NCBI GenBank assembly: GCA_000708835.1
Contig: DF236983.1
Location: forward strand, 197,753-261,752
DNA length: 64,000 nt
Origin: Klebsormidium nitens
Lineage: Eukaryota; Plantae; Klebsormidiophyceae
Reading direction: 5' to 3'
The notes beneath the pieces are model-generated. The model was not told where the DNA came from and ran no database searches. It saw only the letters and a program-made list of their open reading frames with translations. Position 1 is the stretch's first letter, and the number at the start of each line of letters is the position of its first letter. Made by a program: the position numbers and the translations under genes. This document shows positions 1 through 10,568 of this stretch, in pieces.

Positions 1-10
1 TATAAAATAA

Positions 11-28
11 ATTGATTGATTGATTGAT
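11..28. repeat. (ATTG)n microsatellite, about 4.5 units
   Basis: attgattgattgattgat read directly. It could be the simple-repeat tail of a minus-strand retroelement, but the link is not established. Confidence 0.8.
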
Positions 29-450
29 CTCCGCAACTATTCTACATAAAAGACCCATTCAGTGGTCGGGAAAGGGTACCCGGGGCAAAGGCAGTCCCAG
101 TAGATCACAGCCGTTGATTTAGAATACGGAATTTGACGGTCGACTTCCACTCGACTTCGCAAGTCATAATCGGATGGTTGCGGTCGCTGCAGCATCTACC
201 GAAAATTTTGGTCGACCAGGATTCGGTAGTGTTTCAATGCCAATCGTCGGTGGTTCGAAGTGATCGGACGGCTTTATAATACTTGAGATCTCCGCGCGCT
301 TAGTAAATCCTACAAATCTTTTGAGCCAGCAATCGTTTGTTAAACACTGGTAGCGGGAAACGCAGAGAGCCAAAGCCGGCGGAAATTCAACAATTTAGCT
401 TTTGATTTTGACCTGAGAAACAACTCATTTATTGACACAGCTTGGCGTAC

Positions 451-1010
451 TCAGCTTCTCAACATTCCTTTTAACGCTTCTTCCTCGATGACCTCGTTGT
501 CACAGAGTTTACGCCATCTAGAGTACCAGATTAATGGGATGAACTCCTCATGAAAAGGTTTCCAGGCTTGGATATCTAAGTCCAAATAATGTTGATTAAC
601 AAAGCCCAAAAGCCGTTCCGCTGAAGATAACCTTTGTAGCCAAAGGTAAAGGAAACTCAAGCAACCAATCAACCAAGCCCAAAGCGGCTGAAGTAGCACA
701 ATATATAAAGCTGTGAAGTTCCTTTTTCAACATCGTTACAAAAAGAACATAGAGTTGACTTGAATCGTCACCGTGCATTTTGCGACCAATAGGGAGTGCG
801 CGGATGTAGATTTTGTATATTTTCTTCTTTGTTTTCAGTGTTCTGTAATATAGTATCGTGGATTTGATGAATAATGTCATGCCACTGGTTCGAGATCGGA
901 AGTTGAAACTCGGTTCCCCATCGCCGGATTGGTGGTATTTCGAACTTCTCTGATTGAATGATCGACTTGTACTACTCCATCATCGGAGGCATTGCCCTTA
1001 GTTGCCTGGC
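451..1010 (-). mobile_element. Degenerate non-LTR retrotransposon (L1/Tx1-like) ORF2 3' end with zf-RVT-like zinc finger
   Basis: Minus-strand frames joined across frameshifts and stops read YKSIIQSEKFEIPPIRRWGTEF..W / YKIYIRALPIGRKM / STLCSFCNDVEKGTSQLYILC / PLWAWL..LLGF..LIWYSRWRKLCDN. This follows the W..KI..RALP..C-x2-C..ET..H...C..W..LIW..R order of L1/Tx1 C-termini. AATAAA lies on the minus strand at 428-433, just after the stop. Confidence 0.55.
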
Positions 1011-1367
1011 GATCCAAATTAGCCTATTTGGATGATACGGACATAGTCTTGCTGCATACCCAGAAGTGCGCTTACTCCCGGAAATTCCAAATACCAACGC
1101 CCATGTAAAACCCATCCATCTTGTAACCGAAAGTCGAACTTGGCCCTGAGCACAGCGGACCGGCTCAGTGACTTTTTCTGAAACCTTCCGCGGAGCTAGC
1201 CTAAAGCTACTCAAAAGCCTAGATCTATCAGCAAGACGCCTTATGTACACGAAGTGGGAAGTCGTTATGTACACGGACTGTGGGCACCCAGCACTTGGGG
1301 TGCCCAAAACGGCAACTGAGCAACCTCAGTTTTGAGGAGGTGCGTTCATCTAGAACAACCTTTGAGT

Positions 1368-4300
1368 TCAGGTTCGTGCACATGCCTGCTTGTGCTGCGA
1401 CCAATGGAGCTTCTGGCACTGCAATGAGGAGCGAAGGGAAAGAACAAGCAGATTTGAGAGCTAGCATTCGATGTTGCAATACACGGGTGAGCAAACACGG
1501 CTTGCAGGTCTCGTTCTGAGCTTTCCATTATGTGAGTATCAACTACAAATAGCACGAGCAGCAAGCATCACCTGGGGCTTCATCTACAGTTCGAGGGAAA
1601 CCCCTACGCTCCAGCTTTACACAAACAGGGGAGGTGAGAATCAGCATTACATGGAGCAGTCGCCAATCAAGGGCAGGGCTGACCAAAGCAGCAAGCTGGA
1701 AGCCTGAAGAGGGCTGGGCGTGCATCTCACGGCTGCTCTCTTTCTGCTCATCTTACAAGTTCTCTCTTGTTCAAATCTAATGAACACGCTGCTTCAAACC
1801 TCGCCCAACACAGACCTCGTTTGACCATTCTATCACCCTTCACTTTCTCGCCTGCCCAAGATTCGGATGTGAAGCTTAGTGAGCTCACCTCTGCATTGCA
1901 GTAGAAGACGCGCTCGCAGCGCGCGCACTTTTTGAACTTGGGCGCGCCGGGCGCGCGCTCTTTCTGGTTCCTGGTGCACCAACCGCACACTCTCTCGCCA
2001 GCTCTTTCCTTTCTCGTATTCTCCTTCCCCCCACCCGCACTCGCCGGCCCTTGCGATTCCGTCCTCCTATTCTCAGCCGTGTTTTCAATCTCGTCTGCCT
2101 GTCTTGGACTCCCAGCTGCGTTTCCCATATCCGCTTTCCCCTCTCCCGCCTCCTGACGACCAGTCCGACTGTCTCTTTTTGCATGCGGAGCCTCCTCCTG
2201 AGCTTCTTTTCTCTCTGTCTCGAGATCTCCGGCATCTCCTCTTTCTTCCGTAGCTCTGTCATGGTCTCCTTTCGAGCCGTCCGCGTGACCTGCGCCGTCC
2301 GAAATCCGTCCTGCTCCCGACGGCGGGCGTTCCGATTGGTCGAGGGCCCAGCTTCCGGCTCCCTCTCTTGAAGGCTCGATTCCCTCTCCGTACGCTGGCG
2401 GTCTAAGTCAGATGACGAGCGTGCCTGCAGAGTCGTTGACGCCACTCCACCGGGCTCTCTCGTTGCGGGAACCCATATGATGTTGCGCCTCGCTCGAACA
2501 AACCCAGAATGCTGCTGCAGTCGGATGCTCAGCGCCTCGTTCCGCACCTCCTTTCGGGTGGTCGCTTCCCGCCAATCATTCCAAAGGCGCGCCTCTTGGC
2601 CCCAGTCCCTATCACCGGAGTTATCACCGGGAACGCTCATGGAGGTGTTCAAAGCAGGTGTGAAGTACGGAAGCCTGCAATTGGAGAGACTTAGTGGTCA
2701 GAGTCTTTCATTTTGTGCTTCTATTGCTTGCGGGCCTTGACGAGCAGCTTGTGCAGCAAACGCCAATTTTGTGGATTCGAGTTGTGGACTCAATTTGCAG
2801 CCTGTATGACTAACAGCTCTAGGCAGCAGCACTGAGTTTCACGAGGCGAGTTTCGAGACCTTGCTTGTACAAACAACCAGTGCAATATCCTTGCAACATA
2901 TCAAACACAAGTAAGGCCTAGCAAGGACCGATTGCTAGGAGCAGTGTGATAGATGAAGCACCATAAGCAGCACGTTCAGCGGCTTACCATTTTGTGCACC
3001 GAAGAATCGAAGGAAACGAACAGTCAATGTTGGGGTTACGGTCGTAGAAGAGCAGTTAAAATTTTGGCCTGAGAGGTCGAAAGCGAGAGGACACCCACCT
3101 GTGATTGTAGGGAACGGCTTCAGGATCGAGCGTCCTCTTGAGGATGACAAGCAGCTCAGAGATGAGCATCGCGTCTTGTCGATCAAGCAGAGAGGACTGC
3201 CGCTCGAGATTCTTGAAAACCCTCCCCATGAACCTGCAAACAAAGGGAAGGGGCATTAAGCAGCGACGACTGCATCCAATCTGGAAAGACGAGCTTAGAA
3301 GTGCAGAGAAGGGGGAAGCATATACTTAGAAGTATCCACGCGCTGATGAGACCTTGGCCTTCCACAGCATGGAAAGCTACCCTTGAGAAAGCCACTGCAA
3401 CTAGACGTGGCCGCACATCCAATTGGGGGGGCACTTTAATGGGCACTCCTGGCGTCAAGTGGGTGCAGGCAGCACATACATTGCCAAAGAAAAGAAAGGA
3501 CATTCAACAACATTGTGCTGATGACTCTTTCAGCATAGAACAAGCAAAAGTTTGTAAGCTGGGCGACTTAATCTGATGGAGCTTCGGAGTTTGTCAGATC
3601 AAGACAGGGAGGGCCAGCACCGGACTCACTTGAGAAAAGCTTGGTTGTTGCTGGGGAACTGGAACTCCCATGGCTCGGCTATGTTCCTCCGAATGGAGAG
3701 ATAGTGCTCGTTCGACTCGTCGGCCTGCATCTGCGTGAAGCAGAAGAAGGCCAGGAAGAGCGCGTGGTTGGTGCCCTCGAGGCCCGCCCACTCGTCCATG
3801 TCAAAGTGTGCGTTGAAGCTAGGGATTGACTCACTGAGGTCCACTTTGGCCCAGCCTTCTGAGCAGCGCCGAAGAACTCCCGCTTCACCTCAGGGGCTTT
3901 GCTGTAGAAGCCGACCGTGGGCGTCTCGCTGATGTAGTGCAGCGCCTCAAAGACCCGGTAGATGAGTAGCGCCGCGCGCTCGAGGAACGGCTCGCGGGGC
4001 AGGTCCCACTTGCGCACGGCGGCGGCCACGCGCGCCGCCAGCGCGCACAGGCCCTGGATCACCCCGCTCTCCATGGCGGCCGTCTTGGCGAGCACATTCT
4101 GCTTACACGCGTCCACACAAAAATCCGCAATGAGCATCGCAAGCTCTGAGCCTTCTGGAAACCGAGAGAGCGTCTCGGCGGCGAGGGGGAACAGCCGACG
4201 CAGCGGGAATGCAGGCAGCTCCGTCCAGTGCCAGTCGAATCTCTCCTGAGACGCTCTGACTTCCTCGGACTGCTCGGCCCTTGCACTCAGGGCGAAGTAG

Positions 4301-4446
4301 TGGTGGAGAGACTGGTGTAAGGACAGCCAAGCGCTAAAACAGGTTGCGATGTTGCGGTCAGCGTTTGCAGTCGTGATTCTTGTGGAGCACTGGGTGAGCT
4401 TGGCAGCCAGAGCGGCCGCCATGGTTTCCTGGGGTGCGGACGCCAT
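1368..4446 (-). CDS. Protein with C-terminal MYND-type zinc finger; internal structure partly uncertain
   Basis: ATG at 4446. Exons about 4446-3630 (contains a frame switch near 3830), 3233-3099, 2674 or 2402 to 1889, and 1418-1368. Splicing 1889 to 1418 gives CGWC..CARCERVFYCNAE|CQKLHWSQHKQACART*, a complete MYND signature. Confidence 0.75.
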
Positions 4447-4972
4447 TGGATTGCTGGGGTGCAGATGACTCTCAAGGGAAAGCCTTTAGATCAATTCACA
4501 CTCCCACACAAGGCACGTGCATGCAGCGCATGTAAAGAAAAGACTATGGAGTGGCACTTCTTGTTGACTCATCCGCTGTGCATCTCCTCCGAACGCCCCT
4601 CATCAGTGCTCCTGTAGAGACGTCCTCCTCATGCAATGCTGCAGCTGGCGGCCAGGCTTGCTCCCTGCAATTTAACGTTCAGGAGTGCTCAGCTGGGTAT
4701 CTATAGGTTGCAAAATGCACTGGGGAACGAACTTGCCCAGTGGCAGGGGTGTGAGCCCACGTTGTCACAATTGTCAAATCTACTTGATCACGATGTGGAC
4801 CTGATTGCCCCTGCGTAGGTCCAGGGGCTGCAGGAAGAGAAGGAAGCCCAGAAGGGATGCGGAGGGAAGCAATTTCCCGAATCTTAATCCCTGATAACGT
4901 CCTGCAGTTAAGAGCTTTTCAAAGCCCCCGGTTGGCGAAGATCTATGTCCATCCGCGCATTTCAGAAGCACA
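4447..4972. promoter_or_regulatory. Probable bidirectional promoter region (MYND gene / DnaJ)
   Basis: 526 bp between divergent ATGs. Inferred from gene arrangement only. Confidence 0.4.
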
Positions 4973-7900
4973 ATGAAGCTCCCCATGTCTTATCAGCTTC
5001 TCAGCTGGGTGTGCCTGGCTCTGGCGCTTTGCTCTTTGATCCGCCCTGCAGTGGCGATCTGGTGCGACGATGACAACTGTTACGAGCTGCTTGGAGTGAA
5101 CCAGACGGCCACCAGTTCCGAGATCAGGAAGGTGAGGTCGGAGGAACCGATGTCTTGCTGGATCAACAGAGCAGATCTGCGTGTATCAAACTGTTCTGCT
5201 CGCTTTTGCGAGGGTGCGGCTGAGAATGCAGGACTTTGTAGTGACCGTTACCTTTTTCTGATGCATCAGATCTGATGGGCGCACACTTGACGCTTCAGCT
5301 CCTCAAGACAGCTGTCGCACCACCTTGTCATCGGTCCATATCGTGTTCCTATTCCATTCCCATATGACTTTCCTCACCGAAAGCTTTTTAGAGAACCCTA
5401 AACCCTGCATCATCTGTTTCCGCCAGGCGTACTACAAGCTGTCGCTCTCATTGCACCCAGACAAGAACCCCGGGGACGAAACCGCCCAGCGCCGATTTGC
5501 CAAAATCGGCGCCGCTTATGAGATCCTCAGCAACGAGGACAGGCGCTCGTCGTATGACTACGTTTTGGCACACCCGGAGAGAGTCCTGTACAACACTGCA
5601 AGATATTACCAGACCTACTATGGGCCTAAGTCGGTGAGTGGTGTTGCTTGATTCGCCCCTTACAGAGGCCTTGTTCATGACCCGAGTTGAAAATTGCGAG
5701 AGCATCTCATCCCTTAGGGAAATCGTGCGCCTGTTTCTTAACCCGGTGGACTTGTAACGCACTTTTTGTTGGGCATCAGCAGGAACCATATCCAGTTTTG
5801 ACTGACAAAGTCGCTGTTTTGCCTTACAAATGGTGGTTAGTGCCATGCAGTGTGTAGTGCAACAGAGATGAGACTGCAACAAACTGTAAGTCGGTGATTG
5901 GATTTTCTCATGATGCTGGACCTCATTTTGCAGGACATCCGACTCATCGTCCTGGGCGTGGTGGTCATCATTTCGGGCTTCCAGTACTTCAACGATTATG
6001 TCCTATATCACAAGGTGAGAGCGCCCAAATCAGCACTCGTTTGACGCATTTTCTCCAGAGAGCACCCTGAGGCATTTACAAGCGTTCTGGTATTGTGAGT
6101 GAGGGCAGTGGGCAGTGATGCTAAAAGACAAGGGGAAGGACCCACCGTCAAGATGAGACCGTCTGTTCTCTGGAGTCGACATGGTCAGAAAGACAGCTTT
6201 ATGCACCTAAACGGGGCAGAGGGGCTTGTTAAGCAACACAGAATCTTATGCGGTTTTTTTCTTGTTGGATAAGGATGGGCAAGCGCACAGATGGAGAATA
6301 CTGCTGGTACATCCTGTTCAGGCTGGCCAGGAGTTGGCGACTGGATACAGTATTGAGCAGAGGTTTGCTGCTGAGTGGATGTCCGCCGCCCGGACTGGTC
6401 TCGCTACAAAGACGATTCAATCACCGCATTGTGGCTGGTCGGCCGCTTGCTCTTGACCTTTTGACCCAATGTAAGTATAGTGGTGCGGAGCTTTGAATAC
6501 AGGTTTCTGGCATCTCGAGTGTGCTTCAAAGAGCTGAACATGGTACAGAAGGATCCTGTTGCTAAAATCGGTTGAGGGTCTCACGTGCGAACACCTTTTG
6601 ACACTTGGTCCGCAGGCTATGAGCGACGTCAAGAAGTCGGCATCCTTTCGGAGGCGCCTGAACGCGCTGAAGCAAGAGCGGCTGGGCACCAAGGGGAAAG
6701 TTCGCTCCAAGAACAAGTGAGATATCTAGACTCTACGAATACTACCGGATTGGCCAGCGTTTAACCGCTGATAGGTACGATTGGCGCACCAGAACTATTC
6801 TAAGAGTAATGGCTTCCAGCGAGACGAGAAGGTATCGTGATTCGTGACGATGCGATTGAGCGCCAGCATCAAGGAGCATAGCGCAGTGTCAGAGACCACC
6901 CCCTACACAGTTGGCGACTACGTGGTCAGAATTCTTGAATCCGAGAATTCAGAGTGAGCGCAGACTAGTGGGTATTGTCTCAGTTGGAAACATCCTCTAT
7001 CAATTGTACCCGAACCACCTTTCTTGCTTTCCTTCTGTCCCAGCATCCACATCGACCAACGCGATCAGACTGCAGATAGAGTCTCTTCTTCCCGTCGTTG
7101 AACAAGTAGGACGAAGGATGTTATCTCTTGGGATCGAATCCACGGAACAAGCCATGGGCGCCAGATACTGAGCGTGGTTCTTCATGGCTAAATGCTTACA
7201 TCCCAGTCCTGGCATCGGACCCAAAGGTTTCCAGAGGTAGTTGAGTTCCGTCTGACTGTCTGCTTTTCCCTCCAGGGCTGCGAAAGATGACGACCCGGTG
7301 AAGGAACTAGAGGAGGAGGTGCTTCAGGAGGTGGAGCTGGTCGGGCGGCCCCCGCCCCACTGGAAGCGCCTGCTGCCGTGGCAGCTGGTTATGGGGGTGG
7401 TTAACCTGTTTAAGGTGAGGGGGCAAACCGGCACTCGGATCAGCTGTTCGGGTTTTGGAACTAGAACTAGAGATGTCGTGGATGTTCCGGAATGCGGTTT
7501 TGGGGGTTTTGGGTTGTGGGCTGGTTTCAATCGCTCAAGGTGGGGGCATAGGGGCGTTGCGGATGTACCTGTTCCTTAAGTTACTTTTTATCCGTTCGCT
7601 TTCAAAGCACTGGGGCACAGCAGCATTAATGCCTACAGTTCGCGGTGCATCTTGCCCGCAATGTGGCGAACCGCCTACCTGTGTGGACCTACAGCTTGAG
7701 TCGGGACCCAAGAAACCAAATTTGTTCAGCGGATTCTGGTCGGTCGTCTGGTCGGTCGGCACCGCTTGTTCTCTTTCAAGCGGACGGAGCGAGGCACACC
7801 GATTGCATACGTTCGAAAAGTAAACGGCTGCTGCTGCTGATCTTTAGCGACACCGTCTTCAACATTCTTCTTCATTTAGGGCGCAGTGGAAGACTGAAAC

Positions 7901-9215
7901 CAGGGTGGGCTTGTCCGTGCAGTGGGCGAAGTGGGAGGTGGAGTGGACGCGCAAGTACCGGTGGAACAAGGAGCCGTACGATGCGGACGCCCGCGAGTAT
8001 CTCACGCGGAGCACGCTGGGGGTGGGGGCCGAGCGGTGGGAACATATTGGTGAGTCGTGCTGAAAGCGCTCAAAAGCTGGTTAAGGTATCTCGGGGTTTG
8101 CAACGATTGGAATCGTGGAGAAGGAACGAGATATGTCCCCCCTGAGGAGTGGATTGGTGCGCCTTATTTAAGATGCTCGCCGAACTTCGGACGCGCTTCG
8201 TTGGTGGTCGATCCCAGGGACAGAACACCTTGGTTCCGCCTGGGAAACCGTCAGCTTGTTGAAAATCCGCTTTTCTTGCAGTTCGATTTTATAGTGAAGA
8301 CGTCGCTGCTCCTCGGTCTCGACTGCTCTTTCACTATCTCAGTCAAACCTGCGCCTGGAGCTGGTTTTGGATATCTGTTGTCGAGTCTAGAAGCACCCGT
8401 AATCCGCCGCAACAGTAGTACGGACAAACCCCGATGTGGCGGCTGTGAATGAGGCGAGGGGCTTGGGTTTAGGAATGAAGGTTTGCCGTACTTAAGGGCG
8501 GCACATGTCGCAAAATGGCTTCTTTGGCTGTACTCTAGCCGTTCGAGGACGGATTGGGCGATTCGGTTGTTTTTGAAGCCGATATGTGGCGGAAATGTGA
8601 GGCGCCTTAGTAGGAGTGTGGGAGGGAACTTCCGAAGCGTACCTTAACATGATGGTTTCACAAAAAGCTGTCGGCAATCGGCAGGGAAAGTGCCAGCTTT
8701 ACTTAGTAACCTTCCTGGTGGTTCTTGGGCTCGTGGTGAACGAGCGGTGGGAACATTGACGCTCTGACTTGAAAGTTCCTGCCCTTCTCCTCGTCTCATC
8801 TTACTCCCCGACTCGATCGTTTTTGAATAGCTCCGCAATCTTTCATAGCCGCATTCCGGTCCTCATATCTTTGGTTCTGCCATACCTAGAGCAATCTGAG
8901 GGCACTTTTCGAGGCTTGTCCCTTTGGCGCCTTTCGGACAGAACTCTTGCAAGTAGCTCGAAGCGATCTTTCTGCGAGAGCCCTGTGGCTTCGAAGATTG
9001 AGTTGGAAGAGCTTCTACGAAGAAGTGTTGCTTTACAGTTGTCGACTCTTTCGCATGCTTTATTCCAATCTCCGGTTTGCTGATGTGTCTTACACTTGTC
9101 TGCCTTTGCAGATGAGGAGGAACGGGAAGAGCTGATTGCGCGCGAGTTGTGGGTTGCCAAGAATTGGGAAGCGTTTAAGAACAGCAAGAGGAAAGAAGCT
9201 CGACGCCGACGATGA
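4973..9215 (+). CDS. DNAJC25: ER membrane J-domain co-chaperone, ERdj7/DNAJC25-like, 7 exons
   Basis: Exons 4973-5131, 5427-5633, 5934-6014, 6616-6716, 7276-7414, 7923-8049, 9112-9215, all GT-AG and phase-consistent. Signal peptide, then WCDDDNCYELLGV..YYKLSLSLHPDKN (HPD motif), a TM segment IVLGVVVIISGFQY, and a basic C-terminus. Confidence 0.9.
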
Positions 9216-10568
9216 CCCCGTGCAGAATTGTCGGTGCAATTTTGCCGCAGAGGACAAGGATTTCAGGCCGCAAGCAAATGCTAGAACTTTTACTCTCTAA
9301 AGTGCGGCTGAGTTGGTTTAAGATCTAAGAGGAAGCCCGTCATGAAAAGAGAGCGCTCAATTGGACAGCAACGAATCTGCATGGGTACATTTCAAAGGCA
9401 GCTTATTACATGCGCGCAAAGTATATGAGGCGGTCGCCACTCCTTGCTTGAGAGGCTGATACTATTAGGACTGGCCATACTGAACCCAGCCTGGAAACTG
9501 TTCTTACGACAAAACTTTCAGCTTCATCGACAGAAAGGCCGTGGCATATGTGCACATACTGCTGATCTTTGGCGGGCGCAGCGCACATGCCCAGCTCAGG
9601 CCGCGAGCCTGGCCAAACCTTTTAAGCCTGTCATGCCGGTATTGGATCTGCATTCTTAAATCGATGCTGCGTATGGCAGCTAGGGCACCTTTCCCGATCG
9701 AGTTGTACAGCGGTATGGGTTCATCAGTGTATGTACTATGGTTGTCAATCTTGAGGCGCTTTGGCCTAAAATATGGATGTAGGACAGTTGCGTCCATGCT
9801 GAATCTAGTCTGGGCCGGCCTGTGCGTCTCATACGTATCTCATATGCTGGTTTATCTTCACAGCGGGTCACTGTTGTTTTCTGTTGAGCGACGGTATGGC
9901 AGGGGCCGCAGCGCCGCCGTCGCCGAAAATGCACTGTGCGGGGCCAATAACCTAATAAACGGCTGGCCGACTAAACCCGTGGTTCACGTGTTCCTACAAG
10001 TACCACATGTCCATCCTGCCGAGGCATGGACGTTCGGCCCTGCACTCCGAGTCCAATGACTGCATTAATCCTGCGCATTCAATTCAGCAGCCTGGAGGCG
10101 ACAGCCCCGTCCCAGGCCAGGTCTAGACAAGTCCGTGATATACCATATTACCGAGTCCAGCTGGTCAGCTGACAGCTGTGCAAAGCATCCTTGAGAAAGG
10201 GCCGAGCAGTGGAGACATCATTAATTGTGCTCCATCCGTCGTTGACCTGTTGTTAACGTTGTTTACTTGAGGAGGTGCAACTTTAGGCTTAGCGACGTGG
10301 GTCTTCCGTAAGTACTGCTATGCGGCATGATTAATGGGCCTTGGGACAGAGGAGGACCTTGCAGGCAGGATGACCAGCGGACTTTAAGTTTGGAGTGGTG
10401 TTCCCCTTCTTGCAGCTGCCTTGAGTTTCCAAGGGAGGATAGGCTTTCTTGGAGAGGTCCTTGCGTGTGGTAACCAAGCAGGCATTTTTTCAGCACTGTC
10501 CAAAAAGAAAAGACAACTGAGCATCTTGGTTCTGGAGGTCTGCTTACCCCCAGCAACCTCCTAACAAG

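Noticed and set aside
9541-10059. 172-aa plus-strand ORF between DnaJ and ATL
   Set aside because: It starts at GTG, has no motif or coding-like codon bias, and is probably 3' UTR or intergenic sequence.
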